Below the pieces are notes generated by a model. It ran no database searches. It worked only from the letters and a program-made list of their open reading frames with translations, and was not told where the DNA came from. This document shows positions 10,408 to 22,289 of a stretch of 64,000 nucleotides of DNA, one piece after another; within the stretch, counting starts at the first letter, position 1, and each line of letters starts with the position of its first letter. The stretch is from Mobula hypostoma (Eukaryota): positions 34,784,001 through 34,848,000 of the forward strand of contig NC_086109.1 of NCBI RefSeq assembly GCF_963921235.1, written 5' to 3'. Position numbers and translations under genes: made by a program.

Positions 10408-13400
10408 AACATAGAAACATAGAAAATAGGTGCAGGAGTAGGCCATTTGGCCCTTCGAGCCTGCACTGCCATTCAGTACGGTCATGGCTGATTATCCAAC
10501 TCAGAATCCTGTACCTGCCTTCTCTCCATACCCCCTGATCCCTTTAACCACAAGGGCCATATCTAACTCCCTCTTAAATTTAGCCAATGAACTGGCCTCA
10601 ACTGTTTCCTGTGGCAGAGAATTCCACAGATTCACCACTCTCTGTGTGAAGAAGTTTTTCCTCATCTCAGTCTTAAAAGGCTTCCTCTTTATCCTTAAAC
10701 TGTGACCCCTCGTTCTGGACTTCCCCAACATTGGGAGCAATCTTCCTGCATCTAGCCTGTCCAATCCCTTTAGAATTTTATACGTTTCAATCAGATCCCC
10801 CCTCAATCTTCTAAATTCCAGAGAGTATAAGCCTAGTCGATCCAGTCTTTCATCATATGAAAGTCCTGCCATCCCAAGAATCAATCCGGTGAACCTTCTT
10901 TGTACTCCCTCTATGGCAAGAATGTCTTTCCTCAGATTAGGGAACCAAAACTGCACACAATACTCCAGGTGTGGTCTCACCAAGCCTTGTACAACTGCAG
11001 TAGTACCTCCCTGCTCCTGTACTCGAATCCTCTTGCTATGAATGCCAGCATACCATTCACCTTTTTCACGGCCTGCTGTACCTGCATGCCCACTTTCAAC
11101 GATGGTGTGCAATGACACCCAGGTCTCGTTGCACCTCCCCTTGTCCTAATCGGCCAGCATTCAGATAATAATCTGTTTTCCTGTTCTTGCCACCAAAGTG
11201 GATAACCTCACATTTATCCACATTAAATTGAATCTGCCATGAATTTGCCCACTCACCTAACCTATCCAAGTCACCCTGCATCCTCTTAGCATTCTCCTCA
11301 CAGCTAACACTGTTGCCCAGCTTCGTGTCATCCGCAAACTTGGAGATGCTGCAATTAATTCCCTCGTCTAAGTCATTAATATATATTGTAAACAACTGGG
11401 GTCCCAGCACTGAGCCTTGCGGTACCCCACTCGTCACTGCCTGCCATTCTGAAAAGGTCCTGTTTATTTCCACTCTTTGCTTCCTGTCTGCCAACCAATT
11501 CTCTATCCACATCAATACCATAAACCAATACTGTGTGCTTTAAGTTTGCACACTAATCTCATGTGTAGGGCCTTGTCAAAAGCCTTTTGAAAATCCAAAT
11601 ATACCACATCCACTGCTTCTCCCCTATCCACTCTACCAGTTACATCCTCAAAAAATTCTATGAGATTCGTCAGACATGATTTTCCTTTCACAAATCCATG
11701 CTGAATTCGTCCGATAATTTCACTGCTTTCCAAATGTGCTGTTATCACATCTTTGATAACTGACTCTAGCATTTTCCTCACCACCAATGTAAGGCTTACC
11801 GATCTATAATTCCCCGGTTTCTCTCTCCCTCCTTTTTTAAAAAGCGGGGTTACATTAGCCACCCTCCAATCCTCAGGAACTAATCCAGAATCTAAAGCGT
11901 TTTGAGAAGTTATCACTAATGCATCCACTATTTCTTGGGCTACTTCCTTAAACGCTCTGGGATGCAGACCATCTGGCCCTAGGGATTTATCTGCCTTCAA
12001 TCCCTTCAATTCACCTAACACCACTTCCCTACTAACATGTATTTCCCTGAGTTCCTCCATCTCACTAGACCCTCAGTCCCCTACTATTTCCGGAATATTA
12101 TTTATGTCCTCCTTAGTGAAGATAGAACCAAAGTAGTTATACATGGTCTGCCATGTCCTTGTTCCCCATAATCAATTCACCTGTTTCTGACTGTAAGGGA
12201 CCTACATTTGTCTTAACCAATCTTTTTCTTTTCACATATCTATAAAAGCTTTTACAGTCAGTTTTCATGTTCCCTGCCAGCTTTATCTCATAATCTTTTT
12301 TCCCTTTCCTAATTAAGCCCTTTGTCCTCCTCTGCTGGACTCTGAATTTTTCCCAGTCCTCAGGTGTGCTGCTTTTTCTGGCTAATGTGTATGTTTCTTT
12401 GGAATTGATACTATCCCTAATTTCCCTTGTCAGCCACGGATGCACTACCTTCCCTGGTTTGCTCTTTTGCTAAACTTGGATAAACAATTGTTGTAGTTCA
12501 TCCATGCGATCTTTAAATGCTTGCCATTGCATATCCACCGTCAACCCTTTAAGTGTCATTTGCCAGTCTATCTTAGCAAATTCACATCTCATACCTTCAA
12601 AGTTACCCTTCTTTAAGTTCAGAACCTTTGTTACTGAATTAACTCTATCACTCTCCATCTTACTGAAGAATTCCACCATATTATGGTCACTCTTACCCAA
12701 GGGACCTTGCACGACAAGATTGCTACCTAACCCTTCCTCATTGCTCAATACCCAGACTAGAGTGGCCTACTCTCTAGTTGGTTCCTCAACATGTTGTTCA
12801 GAAAACTATCCTGCATACATTCCAAGAAATCCTCTTCCTCAGCGCCCTTGCCAATTTGGTTCATCTAATCTATATGTAGATTGAAGTCACCCATTACAAC
12901 GTCGACTGCACCTCTTCCTATAGATGCTGCTTGGCCTGCTGCGTTCACCAGCAACTTTGGTGTATGTTGCTTGAATTTCCAGCATCTGCAGAATTCCTGT
13001 TGTTTTCATTATAACTGCTGTTCCTTTATTGAACACATTTCTAATTTCCTGTTTAATGCCATCCCCAACCTCACTACTACTGTTAGGTAGCCTGTACACA
13101 ACTCCCACCAGCGTTTTCTGCCCATTAGTGTTATGCAGCTCTACCAATATCGATTCCACATCCTCCTGGCTAATGTCCTTCCTTTCTATTGCATTAATCT
13201 CGTCTCTAACCAGCAATGCCACCCACCTCCTTTTCTTTCATATCTATCCCTCCTGAGTATTGAATATCCCTGAATGCTGAGCTCCCATCCTTGGTCACCC
13301 TGGAGCCATGTCTCTGTGATCCCGACTATATCATATTCATTAATAACTATCTGCTCATTCAATTCATCCACTTTGTTACGAATGCTCCTTGCATTGACAC

Positions 13401-13448
13401 ACAAAGCCTTCAGGCTTGCTTTTACAACACTCTTAGCCCTTATTCAAT
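10408..13448 (-). mobile_element. CR1 LINE subfamily B, almost complete ORF2 (APE plus RT), frameshifted, nested in subfamily A
   Basis: [45 protein letters not shown] and FADDTKLG motifs; (TTTCTATG)n tail at 10408. Confidence 0.95.
12901..13006 (+). mobile_element. Short PLE 3'-end insertion inside the CR1
   Basis: GTCGACTGCACCTCTTCC...GAATTCCTGTTGTTTT flanked by CATTACAAC (12892-12900) and CATTATAAC (13007-13015). Confidence 0.85.
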
Positions 13449-13464
13449 TATACATACACATATG

Positions 13465-13514
<50 letters not shown>

Positions 13515-13530
13515 CACACATATATATATA
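13449..13530. repeat. (CA)n/(TA)n microsatellite
   Basis: Directly visible. Confidence 0.95.
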
Positions 13531-13749
13531 CATCCACTGCTTTACCCTCGTCATCCTTCCTAGTAACCTCTTCAAAAAATTCAATAAGATTTGTCAAACA
13601 TGACCTTCCACGCACAAATTCATGTTGACTGTTCCTAATCAGACCCTCTCTATCCAGATAATTATATATACCATCCCTAAGAATGCTTTCCATCAATTTT
13701 CCCACCACTGACGTCAAACTCACAGGCTGATAATTGCTAGGTTTACTCT
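13531..13749 (-). mobile_element. CR1 subfamily A, upstream continuation
   Basis: [37 protein letters not shown] joins VYMDFSKAF at ~10410. Confidence 0.9.
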
Positions 13750-14068
13750 TTGCCGTTCTTGCCAATATAGGAGCAGCCGCATTGGGAGCATTGAATGTAA
13801 TACACCAAGCTGGAGAAGGTGCATGTGAATCAAGCTGGAAGTTGATGAGTGATGGGATCTCATTATAGATGGTGGAAATGACAAAGTATAATATACTGGA
13901 TGTAAAGGTTGGTGGAGTTGAAAGGTGAAAGTTAATAAGGCTTGATGATGGCATTGATGATTTTGACATGAATCCAGAAAGCAGCACCAATGCAGTCATC
14001 AATCTAACTGAAAAAGGGTTGGGGACTGGTACCAGAGATGGTATGGAACTCGGACTGTTCCACGTAAG
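13750..14068 (-). mobile_element. Older internally deleted PLE (RT and GIY-YIG pieces)
   Basis: Minus strand reads YVEQSEF..*IDDCIGAA and VYYIQCSQCGCSYIG. Confidence 0.7.
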
Positions 14069-14390
14069 AAATAAATGAGGAAAAAGTAGATTTTATGTAG
14101 GTCAGTGATTTTTGGATTTCAATTTTAGCTCTGATTGGTGAAGTTGATTCTCTACAACTGAGCCACACAATGAAACCACGCTCCTGCTGTTTTACAAGAA
14201 ATGAGTTTATATAGAGTAGTTCAATCGTATAAGGGGATATAGAAACGTATGCAGCTCTGCACAATGAAGCCTGCTTCTTCCAAGATACATATTGATTAAA
14301 AGCCCACTGGAATGAAATCTCTTCTAAGAAAAAAGTACTCCAGACATCCTTCCTGATCCTAAAGCAATCAAGTAAATAATCTAGAACAGT

Positions 14391-15960
14391 AAACACAGGA
14401 ATTCTGCAGATGCTGGAAATTCAAGCAACATACATCAAAGTTGCTGGTGAACGCAGCAGGCCAAGCAGCATCTATAGGAAGAGGTGCAGTCGACGTTTCA
14501 GGCCGAGACCCTTCGTCAGGACTAACTGAAGGAAGAGTGAGTAAGGGATTTGAAAGCTGGAGGGGGAGGGGGAGATGCAAAATGATAGGAGAAGACAGGA
14601 GGGGGAGGGATAGAGCCGAGAGCTGGACAGGTGATAGGCAAAAGGGGATACGAGAGGATCATGGGACAGGAGGTCCGGGAAGAAAGACGGGGGGGGGGTG
14701 TGACCCAGAGGATGGGCAAGAAGTATATTCAGAGGGACAGAGGGAGAAAAAGGAGAGTGAGAGAAAGAATGTGTACATAAAAATGAGTAACAGATGGGGT
14801 ACGAGGGGGAGGTGGGGCCTTAGCGGAAGTTAGAGAAGTCGATGTTCATGCCATCAGGTTGGAGGCTACCCAGACGGAATATAAGGTGTTGTTCCTCCAA
14901 CCTGAGTGTGGCTTCATCTTTACAGTAGAGGAGGCCGTGGATAGACATGTCAGAATGGGAATGGGATGTGGAATTAAAATGTGTGGCCACTGGGAGATCC
15001 TGCTTTCTCTGGCGGACAGAGCGTAGATGTTCAGCAAAGCGGTCTCCCAGTCTGCGTCTGGTCTCATCGGGAGCACCGGACACAGTATATCACCCCAGTC
15101 GACTCACAGGTGAAGTGATGCCTCACCTGGAAGGACTGTTTGGGGCCCTGAATGGTGGTAAGGGAGGAAGTGTAAGGGCATGTGTAGCACTTGTTCCGCT
15201 TACACGGATAAGTACCAGGAGGGAGATCAGTGGGGAGGGATGGGGGGGACAAATGGACAAGGGAGTTGTGTAGGGAGCGATCCCTGCGGAATGCAGAGAG
15301 AGGCGGGGAGGGAAAGATGTGCTTAGTGGTGGGATCCCGTTGGAGGTGGCGGAAGTTACGGAGAATAATATGTTGGACCCGGAGGCTGGTGGGGTGGTAG
15401 GTGAGGACCAGGGGAACCCTATTCCTAGTGGGGCGGTGGGAGGATGGAGTGAGAGCAGATGTACGTGAAATGGGGGAGATGCGTTTAAGAGCAGAGTTGA
15501 TAGTGGAGGAAGGGAAGCCCCTTTCTTTAAAAAAGGAAGACATCTCCCTCGTCCTAGAATGAAAAGCCTCATCCTGAGAGCAGATGCGGCGGAGACGGAG
15601 GAATTGCGAGAAGGGGATGGCGTTTTTGCAAGAGACAGGGTGAGAAGAGGAATAGTCCAGATAGCTGTGAGAGTCAGTAGGCTTATAGTAGACATCAGTG
15701 GATAAGCTGTCTCCAGAGACAGAGACAGAAAGATCTAGAAAGGGGAGGGAGGTGTCGGAAATGGACCAGGTAAACTTGAGGGCAGGGTGAAAGTTGGAGG
15801 CAAAGTTAATAAAGTCAACGAGTTCTGCATGCGTGCAGGAAGCAGCGCCAATGCAGTCATCGATGTAGCGAAGGAAAAGTGGGAGACAGATACCAGAATA
15901 GGCACGGAACATAGATTGTTCCACAAACCCAACAAAAAGGCAGGCATAGCTAGGACCCAT
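14391..15960 (-). mobile_element. 5'-truncated Neptune-type Penelope-like retroelement (RT C-half, Cys-rich linker, GIY-YIG, 3' hammerhead)
   Basis: MGPSYACLFVG, LRYIDDCIG, PFLDLSV, YYKPTD, CKRNKCYTC, GVIYCVRC and RFAEH..VATHFN..LEEQ..GMN motifs. Confidence 0.95.
14488..14523 (-). ncRNA. Minimal type I hammerhead ribozyme
   Basis: Identical to the 36-mer at 2260-2295. Confidence 0.8.
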
Positions 15961-16629
15961 ACAGAACAACAAGTTTTGCAAATGGTTATGTAATTCAATC
16001 TGGTCGTTCATCACCAACTGAACCCCCTTGACAAATGGAGAAACTGGTGCAAATCTGATCCAGGTAATATTTGATCGCATGTCATCAATTCTAAAATATA
16101 AACCCTTTCATAAGCAAAAGCTTATCAGCAAACATATAAAAGAAGCTAATTGGTATAGCATTCACTATGGTTTACGGGTGGATATTTTGCAAATCCTGCA
16201 TGTTGGAGAGAGAAAATCCATCCAATCAATTGGTTGCCTGAGGCTAACAATCCACCACACATACTGTAGAAGTTTAAAAGACATGAATAATACAGTGGGA
16301 GCTTTGATAATTATCACCGACTGAATTTTTACCAAAAAATCTGCATTTTATCATTTCTTGATGTTAGATTTTTGAAGTATTAAAGAACGAGTGCACTTTG
16401 TTTATCTTACATTTCAATAATGGTATTACTATTTTTTAAATATTTCTTTATGTTATTTTAAGTGGATCTGTGGCCCTGCTGTCATTGTTCACTCCTACAC
16501 AGTTTCCATGTCTACGGATATTTTGATGCATTATGTAAATATTAGCAATGGAGCACTTTGAAGGTGAACTTGGGCTCAATTGAGAAAATTGTGGGAAGTG
16601 TGCTGGACAATGTTGTGTAAGGGATAAAA

Positions 16630-17010
16630 TTAGAAACTGCTGGAAATGCTTGGCAAGTTGAGCAGTAACACTGAAGTGAGAAACACTAGCTGCATCAGAA
16701 CAAGGACCTTTATGCTATATCTGGCTAGCAATTATCCCTCGTGTTAGTCAGTAAGTGGGGAGAGGATTGCAATGAGTAGTGGGGAAGGGTTAGAAAGAGC
16801 AGAGTGGATGGTGAGAAGACTTGCTAACGAGGAGGCATTATCACTGAAGAGAAGACTCGAATGGGTGAAAGGACAAGCTCAGAGGGTATGGAGGTGCGTT
16901 TGGTTATGAAGGTGCAGACCATCGTTTGCTGGTTAAGGTTAATTTCTACAATCGAGGCCAATTTGAAAACTGAAAAGTTTGAAATGAAAGCATGTAGTTC
17001 ATGTCCGTCA
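16630..17010 (-). mobile_element. Very old PLE-type 3' end
   Basis: TGCTGGAAATGCTTGGCAAGTTGAGCAG resembles other PLE termini; purine-rich body. Confidence 0.35.
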
Positions 17011-17664
17011 TACAGTACATATCAATTGACGCTGTAGCATATGCTCTATGTCCTCCATGCTGACAAGTATCATACACATAGAACTAAACCACAATCCACA
17101 CAGAGACAGAATACCTAATTCGACTTCAGATAAAAATTTGAATATGTAGCATATGATTGCAAACATGTTCAAGAAGGGAAAAGCAAAACTCAAGAAAAAA
17201 AAATGGAAGGAGGGCATTTGACTCCTCACTTCTGATTGACCATTCTGATAAGGTCATGGCTGGCCATTTGCCTCTTCTGGATTGTTTTGACCCAGACCTG
17301 ATAAAGGAAAAGCAATATATTAGATAAGACTCAATCTGTGCTTTGCAACGGAGCTGCTGAGTGTTTCTTTCTCATATGTCTGCTGTGCTTAGTTTTAGGT
17401 GCTTATGGTGGTAGGCTTGGGACAAGCTGGCTTAGGGAACCTTGTAGAGGAAATGTGGTGCTTCTTGGAGAGGGTGGATATTGAATTTATAGTACATTGG
17501 GCAATCGGTCAGCAATCAAGCAAGCTACTCTGTCCTGCATAGTACTGATCTTTATGAAGACTTTTGAGATTGCACTCATTCGGACAAGTAAAGAGCTTTC
17601 CATCATTGTCTTGCTTTGTGGCTTGATAGTGGACATATTCTCTATAACTGGGGACTTTTGAGGA

Positions 17665-18035
17665 TTGTCAGCTTGTTGTGGTGAAGAGGTTTGTAAGCTC
17701 CTGAAATCCCAAGAGGCATGTCATCTGAACTTCAGCCATCTGCCACTTAGCTCCTGGTAAAGTAACCCATGGTGGTATTCTCAAGGTAGAGGTTCCCGAC
17801 AAAGAGCGATCCAACCAAGACCTCAACGGCGGAGATGTTGGAAGGTGATGACACATCACACTGGTGGTGAAGATGGAGAAAGGCTGCAGGAGTGAAGGGT
17901 CCCCAGCCATCTTGCACTCCATGCCACAGGTCCCTGACCCCAATCTGTCAAGGACCATGTGGTGGCTAATGTGCATCAGCCTCCCTTTGTTAAAAAAGTC
18001 ACGCACAGGCATTCTGCATTAAGGGAATCACCATA
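17665..18035 (+). mobile_element. RTE-clade LINE 5' region fragment
   Basis: CTTGTTGTGGTGAAGAGGTTTGTAAGCTCC start resembles RTE 5' ends and the start of 32235-32427. Confidence 0.5.
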
Positions 18036-18049
18036 ACATGCTGACTATG

Positions 18050-18793
18050 TGGTTTCTAGATTGGCCTCTGCAGCCAGCAATAAAAAATCCTCTTTGCGAA
18101 CATGATGCTCAACGAGTATGATCCCATTACTAATAGTCTGTAAGCTTTGGGGAGTCAAAAGGGTAAACCTCCTGTTTCTGATTTGCCTGGGTAATTGGTC
18201 AGTTAAGTTTCTTGGTCCTAATAACTGCAAACACATAACTTGGCAGTGAAAAATTGCTTCAGCCATTCTTCAATTTTACTGGGGGTATTTTAATATTTTA
18301 GTCAAGACAACCACTCTGATAACATCTCTGAATTTTGTCTCTTTTGTCTAGCTCTAATGAAGTCTAGAGTGAGAGGTCAAGGTGGAACTCACACTGAGCA
18401 TTCATGAACAGGATTATATATTCCTTGATATTACTCTCATTTGGCGATGACAATGACTGATTAATAGTGCGGCAATTGGATTTAAACAACATTTAGACGC
18501 TGGTTTTGCTGTTACTGGAGCAGCTTGGGTGAGAAGCTGGCTATCTGTGAAGCACGGCTTCAGCACAGGATTTAAGAGATTTCTCGGGGCTTGGGACCTT
18601 TGATGCATCCTGTGAACGCAGAATTATATAGAGTGAATCTCACTGACTTCTCTGATGGTGAAACTACAGAAGAAGGTCCAGGCAAATTCTGCTTGGCACT
18701 TTTAGCTGCATTTGCTTCAGCCTTGACTTTTAGACTGTTATGCTCCACCATCTCTGAAGCAAAAGATATTCAAAAAGCCTCTTCCTACTCCAT
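18050..18793 (-). pseudogene. Candidate decayed ORF of unknown origin (ORF B)
   Basis: AATATGG start context with TATATAAA ~41 nt upstream; protein-like N-terminus; needs stops and frameshifts. Confidence 0.3.
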
Positions 18794-19032
18794 ATTATTA
18801 GTTCAATTGCCCATCAGTATTCAGCACTGAATGTTTATATATACTACTTTTGCTTCATTCTGTATTCTACTGCATTGTTAATTTCAGAAGGTTACTATCT
18901 CATTTCATTATAAGCATAATATGCCCATTCTATGAAATACTGTATATTCTGTTTATCTATGTACTTACAGTGTGAAAATTTATACTGCCCATTCTATATG
19001 TTATATATATATGTACTGTAATGTGCCCATAT

Positions 19033-19800
19033 TCACTTGTACAGGAGATTGTATCCTAGCTTGATGATACTGCTAGAGGAAGGGATGTGCTGGGCAATAA
19101 AGCTATGAATAATAGTGGTGCTCAGGACTTGGTGATCTCCAGTTTTAAGTTGTTCCATCAGTTCTTGTTCAATTTTATTCAAGGCTGCAGTATTGTACAC
19201 TCCACAATAAAGTTTCACCTCGACAAAAGCTGCATTGTTTATTCAGTCAACACCGTCATGGGCTAATACATCAGCTAAAGCGAGATTGGTGAGATCGAGG
19301 TCAGCTTTTACTCAATTGCTGATTCTCTCACCGGCTGCTGCAGTCAGAATCTTGCAGCTGAATCCTTTATAACGACCATTGAACTACAAGAGTGAGCATT
19401 CTTTGCCAAACAGAACATCATAAAACTCTGTAACCACTTTCTGGGAAATTGAGCTGTGAGGCGGATTGAAAGAAACCTTGGAATTGCTTTACTCACTCTT
19501 AATGGTATTAAAACAGCATTGTGGTCATGCTAATGCACTTCATGGGACTCTGATAAAAAGATTACGATCTTCATTTGCGAGGTTCACAGAATGGGCATTG
19601 TTGGGTTTCCCTCTGCAAAACCACATGGTGTTGGTTTCAGCTCAATAAATTCTATCCATGATTGCATGTTTTTGCAGCTGCTGGCATTTAATCTTGTAGA
19701 TGCTATCCCTGAAACTAGTTCTTAAAGGGACATACCACAATACAAGCTGTTCTCTGTGGATGCCTACATTTTGCAGAACCAGTCAAGAAAGAGAAAGATT
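19033..19800 (-). pseudogene. Candidate decayed ORF of unknown origin (ORF A, ~256 codons)
   Basis: One frame read by hand without frameshift; 8 internal stops, 6 of them TGA (compatible with CGA decay). Confidence 0.45.
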
Positions 19801-20659
19801 GAGTAATTGGGGCAACTGGCACAGGAGTAGAGGGCATTGTAGATCAGCCATGGTTATGTTGAATGGTGATTAGGTGGCTTAACTGTGTTGCTTTTATTGA
19901 GTTATTGTTTTCTCAGAGGTCTTGGAGTTTTGGAAGATTGTGAAACATATAGTGAGTGATGTGACAGAGGTCAGCTGTGTTCCTGTGTTCAATAAGAGGA
20001 GACTGTGAACTAGATATCCACAAGCAAAGAACTGGATGCACACAGGTGAGGTTGCAAGAGGTCACATATCTCAGTGAGGACAAGAAATGCAATTTGAGAA
20101 AAGCATGATAGCATGATTTAGCAAATGCAAGTGCAAATTTATGGTCCAAGAGCATTATTTTAACATAAATTATATTGGTTCTATGACCAAGACCATTGGC
20201 ATTGGAAATCACAGTTGAGACTAATATTGCATCTTGCTGGACTGTGAACATCCATTGGTGAGTATTATATTGGAAAAAATAATCAGTAGGTCAAATGAAA
20301 ATCCTGTTAAATGGTCAGGAGATGACTTTCTTGCAAGCCACAATGAGTTCCCGAAATGCACACTAATTTTCTGTACTTTGAATCAAGCTGATTTTCAACA
20401 TCACATTTTTTTGGAGATATGCATAGGAACTGCTTGGTCAAAATATACGAAGGGATGCATGTAGTTTCCTCAGAGTTTAATATGATTAAATTGTAAGGTT
20501 ACTCACTTTGCTGGAGAGAATAGAAACAGATTATTTTAAACATTGAAAATAGGAGTGGCAAAATAGGAGAGAAAAAAACTTGGCGTGTTTGTTAATGATT
20601 CACAGGAAGTAAATGCACAATTGCTGCAAACGGTTAGGACTGTATTTGATGGATTGGTG

Positions 20660-20930
20660 TTTGTTTACTTATTTATTGAAATGCAGTGTTGGAATAGGCC
20701 CTTATAGCCCTTCGAGTAATGCTATTTAACAATCCTTCGATTTAATCTGAGCCTAGTCTCAGGACAATTTGCAATGACCACCTCCCATCGGTATGTCTTT
20801 GGACTGTAGCAGGAAACCGGAGCACCTAGAGGAAGCCCATGTGGTCACGGGGAAAACATAAAAGCTCTTTACAGACAGCAAGTGGAACCTGGGTCACCTG
20901 TACTGTGAAGCGATATCCTAACCACTTTAT
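20660..20930 (-). mobile_element. tRNA-derived SINE
   Basis: Similar to 41300-41690, 46225-46433 and 58913-59180. Confidence 0.75.
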
Positions 20931-21099
20931 TATAAGTGAATTTTAGTACAAAGGTAAAAATATCTTGTTGCAATTAAACACAACTGTTTGAAATCCCATG
21001 TGAAATATTCTCTGATGCTTTGGAGTCCGTACTGACAAAGATCTAAACTTGGAGTCAGTGCTGCATCGATTGTCTGCATTGTTTCCTGGAGTGAAGGCA

Positions 21100-21775
21100 T
21101 TGCCTTTGAAAAAACTGAGTACATATTCACTAGAGTTTAGAAGAAGGAGATGAGATCTCATTGAAACATGCAAGATTCCTGAGAGAGACTGATGGTGTTT
21201 TGTTAGGCTGGAAACTCTCGAGGTGAAGGATCAGGGATGAATGAGACAGGAAGCCTTTACCTGGAGGTTTATAAATGTTTGAAATTGGAAAGGTTTCAAT
21301 GGAGGTTCACAAAAATGATTTCAGGATTGAATGGCTTGTCATATGAAGAGTGCCTGATGGCTCTAGAACTGTATTCATTAGAATTTGAAAGAATGAGGGG
21401 TGACCTCATTGAAACCTATCGAATGGTGAAATGCCTTGATAGAGTGGATGTGGAAAGGATGTTTCCTATGGTGGGGGAGTCAAAGACCAGAGGACACAGG
21501 GCTGTCATTTTAGAATGGAGCTGTGGGGGAATTTTTTAGCCAGAGGGTGGGGAATCTATGGAATTCTTTGTCACAGACAGCTGCAGAGGCCAAGTCTTCA
21601 TGTATGTTTAAGACAGAGGTTGATGGATTCTTGATTAATCAGGGCATGGAAAGTTATGGGGAGAAGTGGTTTGGGGATGAGAGGAAAATTGGTTCAGCCA
21701 TGATGAAATGGTGAAGTAATTCGATGGGCCAAATGGCCTTATTCTGCTCCTATATCTTATGGTCTTGTGGTCTAA
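21100..21775 (+). mobile_element. CR1 3' fragments
   Basis: LELYSLEFERMRGDLIETY; ends GGCCTTATTCTGCTCCTATATCTTATGGTC. Confidence 0.85.
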
Positions 21776-22289
21776 ATTCTCCATTCCAGAAGGCTCTTAA
21801 CATTCAGCTGAGGAGAAACTTCAAGACCAAGACTGATAAGATTTTTTAACACTAAGAGAATTGGGGAATATGGACTGGAAATTGGACGAGGTACTTTGTT
21901 AGCAGAACCTTAATTGTTGTGTAATTGGTTCAAGTGCCATAGGGCTTGTTTCAACCTCCTTACAATTTCTAATTGTCAAGTTATCATCAGAAAATTTATG
22001 TATATTTGGATTTCTTTATCATTTTCTCTTGTTCCTTGTAGCCTGTATGAATGCATTAGTATCCGACAAGGATTCTTCAGAAAACGTGAATTGCTTGGTT
22101 TGCCAAAAATCATCACCTGAACTTAAAAAAGACAGCCAAATCTGAAACCAATCTCCGAAGCTAGGAGTTGTTGCACTCCAAATCCGAATATGTTAGGAAG
22201 TGTTTGGCTGAAAAAAAATTTCTCCAGAGTGGAGAGGAATTGAACACATTATTATGGGAAAGGCTAGTTATGGTAATTAAAAAAAAAGA

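Noticed and set aside
15961..16080. N-terminal 40 aa of the 338 aa ORF as part of the PLE protein
   Set aside because: Lies beyond the 5' truncation point; chance read-through from flanking DNA
19913..20464. Upstream extension of ORF A
   Set aside because: Separated by a CR1-like 3' remnant; plus strand looks like degenerate CR1 and no continuous frame was found
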